Positions 10,135-18,564 of a DNA stretch of 44,387 nt are shown one piece after another. Location: NCBI GenBank assembly GCA_947003375.1, contig CAMQOJ010000001.1, positions 1-44,387 of the forward strand. Reading direction: 5' to 3'. The position numbers and the translations under genes were made by a program. How positions within the stretch are numbered: position 1 is the first letter of the stretch; each line of letters begins with the position of its first letter. The stretch is from an uncultured Lachnospiraceae bacterium. GTDB taxonomy: Bacteria; Bacillota; Clostridia; Lachnospirales; Lachnospiraceae. The notes under the pieces were generated by a model. That model did no database searches, had not been told where the DNA came from, and saw only the letters and a list, made by a program, of their open reading frames with translations.

Positions 10135-11079
10135 ATGATACGGATTGGGGCAGTCAATATTGATACTTCCCATCCTCTGGGCTTTGGCGAGGCCCTCGAA
10201 CAGATGGGCAGGGCCAAGTATGTGGGGGTATATAATGACTCTTTCAGGGGAAAGGAAGAGGTAAACGGATTTATGCGCCGTTTCGGGCTTGTGAAACACT
10301 GCGACAGCCTGGAAGAGCTGGCAGACATGTGCGATATCGGTTTCATCCATGGGTGCAACTGGGATGACCATCTCCGCTGTGCCCAGCCCTTTTTTGACAG
10401 AAAGAAGCCCGTTTTCATTGACAAGCCCCTGGTAGGCAATCTGGAAGACTGCAGACGGGTGGAGGAATTGACTGCCAACGGCGCCATTATTCTGGGCTGT
10501 TCCAGTGTACGTTACTGTTATGAAATACAGGAATATCTGAACCGGCCGATTGAGGAGCGCGGAGAAACAGTGCAGCTGTTCGGCACAAGCGGAGTAGACG
10601 AATTCAATTACGGCATCCATATCGTGGAAGCCGCAGGCGCGCTTCTTGGCACCGGTGCCAGTTGGGTAAAATATCTGGGCCGATCCCATGCGGACGGAAA
10701 ATACTGTGAAAGCTACTACGTACAGTATGAAAACGGAAAAAGCTTTCTGTATAACACTTTTACCGGTATCTGGCAGCCCTTTTCCATCACTGTCATGACC
10801 ACCAGAACCACACACGCATTCACCATTGATTCCTCTCGTCTCTATACCGCGTTGCTGGAACAAATCTGTAATTACATGGAGGAAAAACCCAGCCTGCTGG
10901 TTTCTGTCACCGCCCTTTTGGAGTCTGTGAAAATCATGTTGGCTGGCTCCGCTTCCCGTGCCGCGCTCGGCAGAGCAGTAATGCTTACCGAGCTTAATCC
11001 TACCCTGCCCTCCTACAACGGCGGCCGGTTCCTGCAGGATTATGCCGCTTCGGCAGGTGCAATGTACGCCACTCTGTAA
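10135..11079 (+). CDS. Gfo/Idh/MocA-like oxidoreductase (atypical Rossmann N-terminus)
   Basis: MIRIGAVNIDTSH, PVFIDKPL, SSVRY, YGIH. RBS AGGAGG. Confidence 0.8.
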   Translation: MIRIGAVNIDTSHPLGFGEALEQMGRAKYVGVYNDSFRGKEEVNGFMRRFGLVKHCDSLEELADMCDIGFIHGCNWDDHLRCAQPFFDRKKPVFIDKPLVGNLEDCRRVEELTANGAIILGCSSVRYCYEIQEYLNRPIEERGETVQLFGTSGVDEFNYGIHIVEAAGALLGTGASWVKYLGRSHADGKYCESYYVQYENGKSFLYNTFTGIWQPFSITVMTTRTTHAFTIDSSRLYTALLEQICNYMEEKPSLLVSVTALLESVKIMLAGSASRAALGRAVMLTELNPTLPSYNGGRFLQDYAASAGAMYATL

Positions 11080-11227
11080 AATCAGGCAGCAGGACCATGA
11101 GAAGAGGAAGACCCATGCCTGTAAGGAGGGCATCGGAAGCGTGAGGTGTTTGAGGGCAAGGCCTAATATGTGCGCCCTGATGGGGAGGCAGCTACGCCAC
11201 ATACGCACGGAAAGGAAGCAGCAGGAA

Positions 11228-11695
11228 TCATTCCTCTCGTCGGCAATTCCCGCAATATCCGTACAGTTCCAGCTTATGGCCTGTAACGGTAAACTCCTCC
11301 ATCTCCTCTTCCAGACGGACATGGCTGAAAGGACAGTTCTGCAGAGGAATCCGGCTGTGGCATTTCAGGCATACCGCGTAATGGGTATGGCCCCCTCTGT
11401 TCAACCCGTAGACTGCCGTGCCGTCCTCCGTCCATGTGCTTTTTTCCACCAGCCCTTTTTCTTCAAAAGCCGCCAGGATACGATAAATGGTAGAGACTGC
11501 ATATTCCCCGCTGTCTTCCCCCGCCGATGCCCGCTGATAAATCTGGATGGCATTCAGCGGCTCCGCCGTCTCCCAGAGCACCCTGTAGACGCTCTTCCTC
11601 TGCTTTGTCCATTTTAAGCCCTGAGGATAGGATATTTCCTTTCCGCAGTCCGCATAAGGCATCCCCTCCGCGGGAACTTTCAGTTTCCTGTTCAT
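11228..11695 (-). CDS. Fur family metalloregulator (Zur/Fur-like)
   Basis: TKQR, STIYRIL, HTHYAVCLKC, ELYGYCGNC. Confidence 0.92.
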   Translation of the reverse strand: MNRKLKVPAEGMPYADCGKEISYPQGLKWTKQRKSVYRVLWETAEPLNAIQIYQRASAGEDSGEYAVSTIYRILAAFEEKGLVEKSTWTEDGTAVYGLNRGGHTHYAVCLKCHSRIPLQNCPFSHVRLEEEMEEFTVTGHKLELYGYCGNCRREE

Positions 11696-11775
11696 TATAG
11701 TTTCCTCCAGTTCTCTTTCCGCAATCCGTATCCGATGCTCCTCTTGTCAGCGTCCATGTATGCCCTCCCGCATTC

Positions 11776-12672
11776 TTACGCCAGTCCAATCCACTCCACG
11801 GCAATCCCAGCCGCCACGCCAATCGCGTAGAGCAGCCCCAGTATCTTCAGGTTCTCCCGCCTGTCGCGGTTCACCCGGAAAAGCACCAGCACCCCTACCC
11901 CGGAGCCAGCCAGCAGCCCTGCCATGGCGGCCCCCAGCCCCATGGAGCCCGACAGGTACAGCTGGGTGATCGCCACGGAACCGGCGCAGTTGGGTATCAG
12001 GCCCACAAGCCCCGCCAGCACAGGCCCCGCGAAAGGCCTGTTCAGGATCAGTGTCCCCAGGGCGTCCTCCCCCAGGAAGTGCAGGATCAGATTCAGCCCC
12101 AGGTTCACCGCCAGGATGAAGAACGCGATCTTCGCCGTATGGGACAGGGCGGAGCGCAGGATGCCTTTCTCGCAGTGGCAGCGCTCCTGCTCGCAGATGT
12201 CATGGATGCCGTCGGGCTTTCGTCTTCCCTCCCTGTTGCGGCCAAGCAGGTCGATGACAAGCCCCGCCGCCATGCCCACCAGGGCCTTGCCTGCCAGGAT
12301 CTTCAGAATCATGCCCACTGGGGCCCGCTGGGAAATCAGGATGGGCAGCATCTCGTCCGATGTGGACAGGTACACCGCCATCAGCGTGCCCAGCGTGATG
12401 ACCCGCCCGGCATACAGGTTCGATGCCGCCGCGGAGAAGCCGCACTGGGGCAGGGCCCCCAGCAGCCCGCCCACAATGGGCGCGGCCAGGCCCGCGGCGA
12501 AATGCCTCCGCGGGGAATGCCCCGTATCCTCCGCGGCTCCCGGCCGCCGGATCAGCTTCCTGGCATGTTCTCCCGTCCTGTGCTCCAGGTACTCCATCAC
12601 GAGATAGGTCAGGAATAAAAAGGGAATCAGCTTCACGCTGTCCATGAGCGCGTCCTCTATTAAATGCAGCAT
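11776..12672 (-). CDS. Putative divalent-metal permease (ArsP_2 / 'putative manganese transporter' family)
   Basis: Multi-TM protein with duplicated Cys motifs LPQCGFS and IPNCAGS, STSDE, and a His/Cys loop HDICEQERCHC. RBS AAGGA precedes MLHLIED. Confidence 0.8.
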   Translation of the reverse strand: MLHLIEDALMDSVKLIPFLFLTYLVMEYLEHRTGEHARKLIRRPGAAEDTGHSPRRHFAAGLAAPIVGGLLGALPQCGFSAAASNLYAGRVITLGTLMAVYLSTSDEMLPILISQRAPVGMILKILAGKALVGMAAGLVIDLLGRNREGRRKPDGIHDICEQERCHCEKGILRSALSHTAKIAFFILAVNLGLNLILHFLGEDALGTLILNRPFAGPVLAGLVGLIPNCAGSVAITQLYLSGSMGLGAAMAGLLAGSGVGVLVLFRVNRDRRENLKILGLLYAIGVAAGIAVEWIGLA

Positions 12673-12767
12673 TGCAAACATCCTTTCTGTTCAAAGACAG
12701 CCATTCGGCAAAGTCAGTCTTTTCCGAATGCTGCACGATTCGTCCGGGCTTTGCCCTCACACCACAA

Positions 12768-12833
12768 AGTCCCAGATGCAAATGCGACTCATTTGCATCT
12801 GGGACTATAACACATTTTTCCCTCTTCTGTCAA
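12768..12833 (-). promoter_or_regulatory. Sigma-A promoter with an overlapping perfect palindrome (probable Fur-family operator)
   Basis: Minus-strand TTGACA (12833-12828), N18, TATAGT (12809-12804) with extended TG. Inverted repeat AGTCCCAGATGCAAATG-N5-CATTTGCATCTGGGACT at 12768-12806. Confidence 0.75.
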
Positions 12834-13001
12834 TACCTGTTCCTCAAATCTCACGGCGGGCGATGCATATGCGCTTGCTGTCTCGTGATTTTCGTGCAAA
12901 ATGCGCGCGAAAGCGCTTCGCTGAGACATCTACAATCTGTAAACAATGACCACATGCGCGCTGCCCGGCAGGCTCGGAAAAGTCCATTGCCAAGGACGGC
13001 A

Positions 13002-15194
13002 TCACTCCGCCAGATACATCTTCAGCCCGTCCTCTATCCTCTGGACAGTGGCTTCATTGGTCTGCGAGCCCTCCAGATATGCCCCCAGCGCCTCGGTCAA
13101 TACCTCCCGTATCTTCGCATCCTCCATCGCCGGCTTATCCAGGGCCTTGCATATGGCCAGCAGAGCCTCCGCCGTCTCATCGGAATACTGCCTGATGGCG
13201 AATTCCACCTCGCCGCCCTCCGCCTCTATGGATGTGAAGGCCTCCGATTCCGAGCGGTCCTCATGGGCCTGCTTCTCCAGAGAGGCCAGGTTCACCGGGA
13301 ACCCCAGGTAATGGTCCTTATCCTGCACGCTCTCGGACAGGGCCAGGCGCAGGAAATCCATCGCAGTGTCCTGATACCGGCTCTTGGTGCATATCCCTGT
13401 CTGCAGGAGCGGCAGGAAGCTGTTCTCATAGGCGGCAAAGCTTCCCTGGATATAATCCACGATTGCTATGGGGAACATGCAGTTCTTGAATCCGGTGGCC
13501 TCACTGAACGCAAGCTTTGCCCCGGAGGCCAGATCCCACATGCTGTAGGCCCGCTCCCCCTTTCCTCTGGATTCCACAATGCCGCAGCTGTCCGCAATCT
13601 TTTTCAGGCACTCCAGCCTGCCGCCCAGCGCTTCCCTGTCCAACTGCTTTCCTTTCACGATATCCCCGCAGAAATAAGGGTAGAACTTATCCACCAGCTC
13701 GCCGACTGTCTGAGGGCCCAGGTAATTCTCCTCCGTCCCGGACAGGAAATCCGCCAGAGCCTCCAGGGATGCCATGTTTTCCGCTTCGATATCCCTCCCC
13801 AAGGCCATGTTGAAGCCGAACTGCAGGGGCACGATATAGCGCTTGCCGTCTTCCTGAATATAATTTCCCGTAATTCCGGACAGCAGCTCTCCCCGCTCCT
13901 CCATGGGGCCTACAGCCTCCCCGATGTCTGCCAGCAGGCCTTTTTTCATGAAAGAATCCATGTCCAGCCCATCCAGCACCAGGATATCCGGCGCATCCTC
14001 CCCCATCAGCAGGGTATTGAGCTCCTGGTAGACTGCATTGTAATCAGCCTCCCCGCTGTCGTAGGCGGAATAGGCGTACTGTATCGTAATCGCCACCTCG
14101 GGATGCTCCCTGTGGTACATGACGGCGGCCTGCTGCAGGAGAGGGCTCTCATAGACAGTGTACAGATGCAGCTCCTCCTCTATCTCGACCACCGCCTCCG
14201 GATCATAAGCATAGCGGTTCAGCCTCGCGCCGCCTCCCGATTCCTGAAACAGCGCGTAGATGCTGCCGTCTTCCCGAACGGCCAGCCCCGCGCACTGGCA
14301 ATCGGTCATGGCGAAATCCGTCTCCAGGCCGTCCAGCAGCTTCTCCCAGGTATCCGCTTCTGCCCGGCGGCGGAAAATGCCGTCCGTGCCTGCCACGATC
14401 AGGTCTTTCTCCTCTGTGGCACAGACATTCGCTCTATACGCGCTGTCTGTGGGAAAGTCGATTTTGGTCACGCTGCCGCCCCGGCCGCCCTGGCGCTTTT
14501 CTATCTGCATGCCGGGATTCTCTGTGGCGCACAGGTAGATATTCGCTCCGTCGGACACCACTGTTTCATCATATTGCGCGGATATTTCTTCGCTTTCCAG
14601 CACATGCCCGTCCTCCCCTGACAGCAGGTCCATGGAAGTGTAGGTGAGGGCGAACAGGGAACCGTCCTCCAGCGCCGCGATTCCCCGGAGGCTCTCGTAC
14701 ATGCCCCATTCCTCATTCAGTATCGTCCATTTCTCCGGCGTGATGTCCCTTGCCTGGCCGGCGTCGTTCTTCCATAGGCAGCTCCTGTAGGATGTCTCTT
14801 CCGGCAGGGCATATCTGGCGGCCAGATACTGTGCGCCGTCCCCGCTTTGGGCCAGCATGACGCCCACGGCTTCCCCGCAGGGCAGCTCCACTGAAGCCAG
14901 CCAGCTCTGTGTCACATCGGTGAAGGTTTCTTCCTGTGCGGCCCACTCCGAGAAGACAATCCTGTCATCTTCGCTTTTCGAGGCCAGCAGATGTATCTCC
15001 CCATCCACGGAAAATATCTGCCGGGGCTCCCATGCCTCCAGCCCCTCCGGCAGCTCCTGCCTTGTCTCCACCCATCTGCCCTTCGTCTGCTGTGTGGCCA
15101 CGCTTCCGCCTGTGTCCCTTTTCCCGCATCCGCTCAGGGCTCCCGCCAGCATGGCGGCGCAGGCAAGCACTGTCATCCTCCGTATATGCACCAT
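13002..15194 (-). CDS. Large extracellular solute-binding lipoprotein (N-terminal extension plus family-1 SBP domain)
   Basis: Lipobox LSGC. The C-terminal half has LNTLLMGEDAPDILVLDGL, KGLLADI, YIVP and FPVN. Confidence 0.8.
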   Translation of the reverse strand: MVHIRRMTVLACAAMLAGALSGCGKRDTGGSVATQQTKGRWVETRQELPEGLEAWEPRQIFSVDGEIHLLASKSEDDRIVFSEWAAQEETFTDVTQSWLASVELPCGEAVGVMLAQSGDGAQYLAARYALPEETSYRSCLWKNDAGQARDITPEKWTILNEEWGMYESLRGIAALEDGSLFALTYTSMDLLSGEDGHVLESEEISAQYDETVVSDGANIYLCATENPGMQIEKRQGGRGGSVTKIDFPTDSAYRANVCATEEKDLIVAGTDGIFRRRAEADTWEKLLDGLETDFAMTDCQCAGLAVREDGSIYALFQESGGGARLNRYAYDPEAVVEIEEELHLYTVYESPLLQQAAVMYHREHPEVAITIQYAYSAYDSGEADYNAVYQELNTLLMGEDAPDILVLDGLDMDSFMKKGLLADIGEAVGPMEERGELLSGITGNYIQEDGKRYIVPLQFGFNMALGRDIEAENMASLEALADFLSGTEENYLGPQTVGELVDKFYPYFCGDIVKGKQLDREALGGRLECLKKIADSCGIVESRGKGERAYSMWDLASGAKLAFSEATGFKNCMFPIAIVDYIQGSFAAYENSFLPLLQTGICTKSRYQDTAMDFLRLALSESVQDKDHYLGFPVNLASLEKQAHEDRSESEAFTSIEAEGGEVEFAIRQYSDETAEALLAICKALDKPAMEDAKIREVLTEALGAYLEGSQTNEATVQRIEDGLKMYLAE

Positions 15195-15244
15195 GTTCCC
15201 TTACCTCTTTTCCGCAGCGCTTCTGTCAATGCCGCTTTTCTTAT

Positions 15245-15322
15245 AGTATAAGCGGAATGAGGGCCAGGATATCTTAAAATCAGGTTAAGCAAGTGTTGAT
15301 AATATGTTAAGGCCGGATTAAG
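15245..15322 (-). promoter_or_regulatory. Array of five 11-bp-phased TTAAG-like boxes next to a -10 (TATACT) facing the lipoprotein gene
   Basis: Plus-strand TTAAA 15274, TTAAG 15285, TTGAT 15296, TTAAG 15307, TTAAG 15318. Minus-strand TATACT at 15250-15245. Confidence 0.6.
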
Positions 15323-15344
15323 CTTCCATTTTTTATATGCTGTC

Positions 15345-15373
15345 TTGCGCCAGATTTCCAACCATGCTATAGT
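15345..15373 (+). promoter_or_regulatory. Sigma-A promoter of the kinase module
   Basis: TTGCGC-N17-TATAGT with extended TG, about 20 nt before the ATG at 15393. Confidence 0.6.
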
Positions 15374-15392
15374 AAAAACGGAGGAATCGAGG

Positions 15393-16226
15393 ATGGTTTA
15401 TTGCGATGTCACGGATCTCACATATTTGACATGGACTTTGTCAAGGAACTCATCAGGGACGGCAGGAAGCTTCCTGAAATCCTATGAGCAGTCCGGTGGA
15501 ATGAAATATTATTACAAATTGTCGAATTTCGATACGCTCAGGGGAATTTACGGCCATGAGTGCCTGAATGAAATCGTGGCGCAGAATATAGCCGCCGCTT
15601 TGCATATACCTCATCTGGAATACGATCTCCTCCATGCGGAAGTGAGAATAGACGGCAAAAATTATCGGACATGGCTCACAAGGTCCACAGACTTTAAAAA
15701 GGCTGGCGAACACAAGCTGACATTTGAGACATATTTTGAGATAAACAAAATGCAGGATGAGGATGTCTGGGCATTTATCCTGCGCAATGGGCTGGAGCGG
15801 TATTTCTATGACATTTTCATATTGGATTATCTGATCTGCAACCGCGACCGCCATGGCGCGAACATTGAAGTGCTTGAGAAAAAGGGGCTATACCGCATGG
15901 CTCCTGTATTCGACAACGGACTGTCCCTGCTGTTTTCCTGCTATCAGGACGGCAGGGCTATGGAAAGCTTTGACCGGCATAAGGACGGGCCTGTGAATAA
16001 TTATGTGGGAACCATGTCGCTTGCGGAGAATCTGAGAAAGGTCCCGGGGGAAATGATCGCTGAAACAGTAAAGGCGGATTTCAGCGAAGCCGTTATTTTC
16101 AAAGACATGGAAAAATGCAGGCAGTCAGGGGATGGGGCAGTCCCATTGCAGTTCTGGTGCTGCGTCCGGGACATGATCTGGGAAAGAAGGGATGAAATTG
16201 CGAAGATTTTTCATCAAAGAGGATAA
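15393..16226 (+). CDS. HipA/CtkA-like Ser/Thr kinase (kinase core only)
   Basis: Gly-rich SSGTAGSFLK, YYYK, HECLNEIVA, catalytic loop DYLICNRDRHGANI and Mg-binding MAPVFDNG. ATG follows GGAGG/GAGG. Confidence 0.85.
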   Translation: MVYCDVTDLTYLTWTLSRNSSGTAGSFLKSYEQSGGMKYYYKLSNFDTLRGIYGHECLNEIVAQNIAAALHIPHLEYDLLHAEVRIDGKNYRTWLTRSTDFKKAGEHKLTFETYFEINKMQDEDVWAFILRNGLERYFYDIFILDYLICNRDRHGANIEVLEKKGLYRMAPVFDNGLSLLFSCYQDGRAMESFDRHKDGPVNNYVGTMSLAENLRKVPGEMIAETVKADFSEAVIFKDMEKCRQSGDGAVPLQFWCCVRDMIWERRDEIAKIFHQRG

Positions 16227-16548
16227 TGGTTTGTCAACGGGACAAAGGGAATACGCTGTCCTCTCTTATGACGAGGACAAGGACCTGTACCATATTTCAA
16301 TCCCCCTGTCCGCGGACCCCGATGACCTGCCGGCCATCCCGGGCATCCTGGCAAGGAAGGGCATCCGGGAAATCGATGACAAATGGGCCAGGCGCTTTGT
16401 CAGGGAGCGGGTGGTGCCGCCTGACCGCCAGAATATCGGCATGATATTGAGAGAGCTGGGGATGACCCATTACAGTGAATTTCCGCTGCTTGTGTACACG
16501 GGCGGGCGGTGTTGTATGGACGATTTTTTCATAGAAGAAATAACGTAA
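16192..16548 (+). CDS. Small protein resembling HipS / the HipA N-terminal subdomain (putative antitoxin or partner)
   Basis: 118 aa, overlapping the kinase stop by 35 nt. Pattern FVRERVVPPDRQNIGMILRELGM...FPLL..TGGR...DDFFI. Confidence 0.65.
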   Translation: MKLRRFFIKEDNGLSTGQREYAVLSYDEDKDLYHISIPLSADPDDLPAIPGILARKGIREIDDKWARRFVRERVVPPDRQNIGMILRELGMTHYSEFPLLVYTGGRCCMDDFFIEEIT

Positions 16549-16564
16549 TAGCGATATGAGGAAT

Positions 16565-16639
16565 GCCTGCGGCGGCTTTCCCGGCTTCATGACGGCCATG
16601 GCACCGGGAAAGCTGTGTCCTCTACTATCCACCGCAGGC
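16565..16639. terminator. Long stem-loop between convergent genes
   Basis: GCCTGCGG / CCGCAGGC outer stem and GCTTTCCCGG / CCGGGAAAGC inner stem. Confidence 0.5.
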
Positions 16640-16657
16640 AATCGCTTCTTCTCCGCC

Positions 16658-18541
16658 TCAGCGGAAGCTCTTCACCCACGCTATCAGGGAGTCATGGTAC
16701 ACGTTCTCCGTCACGTCCCTGCGCATCTGGTCGGTGACGGGGCCGTTCTTCTCCATGATGGCCAGGATTGCTTCCTGGAGTCCGGCGATCTTTCCCTCCT
16801 CGAACACCTTTTTCAATGCCTCCTCCGCGGCAGCCTTTCCGTCCGCAGGCCCCGGAACCTCTGTCCTGAGGGCTTCTGCCTCCTGTCCGGTTCCCTGGCT
16901 GTCTGCTGGCTCCGCCGGGGCTTCCTCCTCGTGGGCAGGCTTTCCGGAAGCCATGTCGCCGCAGCTCCCGTCCTGTACCGCTTCCTGAGGCACTGTCCCC
17001 TGGCCGGGCGCTTTCCGTGCGGTCTCCTCAGCGGTGTCCTCAGCCGTCTCCGGTGCGGCTTCCCCGCCGGATACCTTCTGTCCGGCAGCCTGAGCCGTCT
17101 CCCCGGCCCCGGGCTGCTCAGGGCTTTGATTGACAGTCTCCTCCGCCGCTTCCTTATCGGAAGCATCCTGGGGCACATCCTCTGTCCACTCCCCGTTTCC
17201 CGGTACCCAGATGTCCCCGGAATTCGCCTTTACGTTCACGGCGATATGGCCTCCGGCCACGCTCACCCGCTGGCCGCTGAGGGCGCCGACATATTCCGCC
17301 GCGTTCCCCGCGGGCAGGGTCATCACATAGTCGCTGTCGTCATTGTTCACCGTGACCAGGACGGACTCCCCGTTATAGTTCCTGGAGAAAGCGTACTGGC
17401 GGTTGGTCAGCAGCAGTTCCTGATAGTCCCCGTAGGAAAGCGCCTTTATCTTCTGCCGCGCCTTGCCCAGCGCAGCGATCAGGCCCGTGCAGGCATTCTT
17501 CTCCAGAGCGTCGCCAAAATCCGACAGGGAGAGCGCGGGGCGCAGGGAGTCATCGGAATATCGTTCTTTTTTACCCTCTATACCGAATTCCGAGCCATAA
17601 TAGACGGAAGGCACGCCCGGCAGCGTGTACAAGAGCACATGCACCGGCGCGAAATGGGCCTTGTTGTTCAGCTTCGTGTAGATTCGCTCCACATCATGGT
17701 TGTCCACGAAGTTGTACAGCTTCAGTCCGTCCGGCCTGTTCCCGCCCATGCCGTACAGACGCTTCACCGTGTGGGCGATCTCGAAGTAGTTGTGGTCGTT
17801 GTGCCCGGAGTACAGGGCCTTGTGCAGATGGTAATTGGTGACGGAGTGCAGGGTCCCCTCGTTGACCCAGCGGGTGTAGTCCCCGTGGATGACCTCGCCC
17901 ATGAGCCAGAATTCCGGCTTCACCTCATCAGCCACACGGCGCAGCGATTTCATATAATCGAAATCCAGAACATCCGCCGCGTCCAGCCTTATGCCGTCGA
18001 TGTCGAACTCGCTGACCCAGAACCGCACCACATCGCAGATATAGTCCCTCACCGCGGGGTTCGACTGGTTCAGCTTGGCCAGCAGGTCATAGCCGCCCCA
18101 GTTCTCGTAGGAAAAGCCGTCGTTGTACTGGTTGTTCCCCCAGAAATTCACATTGCGGTACCAGTCTCTGTAAGGGGAATTCTCCCGCTTCTCCCGGATG
18201 TCCCGGAAGGCGAAGAAGTCCCGTCCCGTATGGTTGAACACGCCGTCCAGGATGACCCGGATGCCCTGCCTGTGGCACTCCGCCACATAGTTCGTCAGGT
18301 CCTCGTTGGTGCCCAGGCGGCTGTCCAGCTTTTTGTAATCCGTGGTCTCATATCCATGCCCCACGGACTCGAACAGGGGCCCGATATAGACCGCGTTGCA
18401 GCCGATTTCCCTGATATGGGTTATCCAGGGAATCAGGGTGTTCAGCCGGTGCACCGGCTCTGTGTAGGAATTCTCCCTGGGCGCTCCGGTAAGCCCCAGG
18501 GGGTAGATATGGTAAAAGATTGCCTCATCGTACCATGCCAT
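16658..18541 (-). CDS. GH13 alpha-amylase family enzyme (cyclomaltodextrinase / maltodextrin glucosidase-like) with an acidic linker and small C-terminal domain
   Basis: FYHIYPLG, HGY, LDGVFNHTG, GIRLDAA (nucleophile), GEVIHG, FVDNHD, YYGSE. Confidence 0.92.
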   Translation of the reverse strand: MAWYDEAIFYHIYPLGLTGAPRENSYTEPVHRLNTLIPWITHIREIGCNAVYIGPLFESVGHGYETTDYKKLDSRLGTNEDLTNYVAECHRQGIRVILDGVFNHTGRDFFAFRDIREKRENSPYRDWYRNVNFWGNNQYNDGFSYENWGGYDLLAKLNQSNPAVRDYICDVVRFWVSEFDIDGIRLDAADVLDFDYMKSLRRVADEVKPEFWLMGEVIHGDYTRWVNEGTLHSVTNYHLHKALYSGHNDHNYFEIAHTVKRLYGMGGNRPDGLKLYNFVDNHDVERIYTKLNNKAHFAPVHVLLYTLPGVPSVYYGSEFGIEGKKERYSDDSLRPALSLSDFGDALEKNACTGLIAALGKARQKIKALSYGDYQELLLTNRQYAFSRNYNGESVLVTVNNDDSDYVMTLPAGNAAEYVGALSGQRVSVAGGHIAVNVKANSGDIWVPGNGEWTEDVPQDASDKEAAEETVNQSPEQPGAGETAQAAGQKVSGGEAAPETAEDTAEETARKAPGQGTVPQEAVQDGSCGDMASGKPAHEEEAPAEPADSQGTGQEAEALRTEVPGPADGKAAAEEALKKVFEEGKIAGLQEAILAIMEKNGPVTDQMRRDVTENVYHDSLIAWVKSFR

Positions 18542-18564
18542 GTCGCATTTCCTCCTGTACGGAT

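Noticed and set aside
10075-11322. 415-aa minus-strand ORF and the 11042..11617 plus-strand ORF
   Set aside because: They are antisense to the oxidoreductase and Fur genes, respectively, and have no protein-family features.
12672-14621. Long antisense ORFs (also 1248..2666, 16556..18577, 24765..26120, 31269..33023, 35830..37323, 37211..38707)
   Set aside because: They are shadows of well-supported opposite-strand genes in GC-rich DNA and show no recognisable motifs.
15250-16650. Defined mobile element carrying the kinase module
   Set aside because: No integrase, transposase, terminal repeats or target duplication were found; only base composition suggests acquisition.
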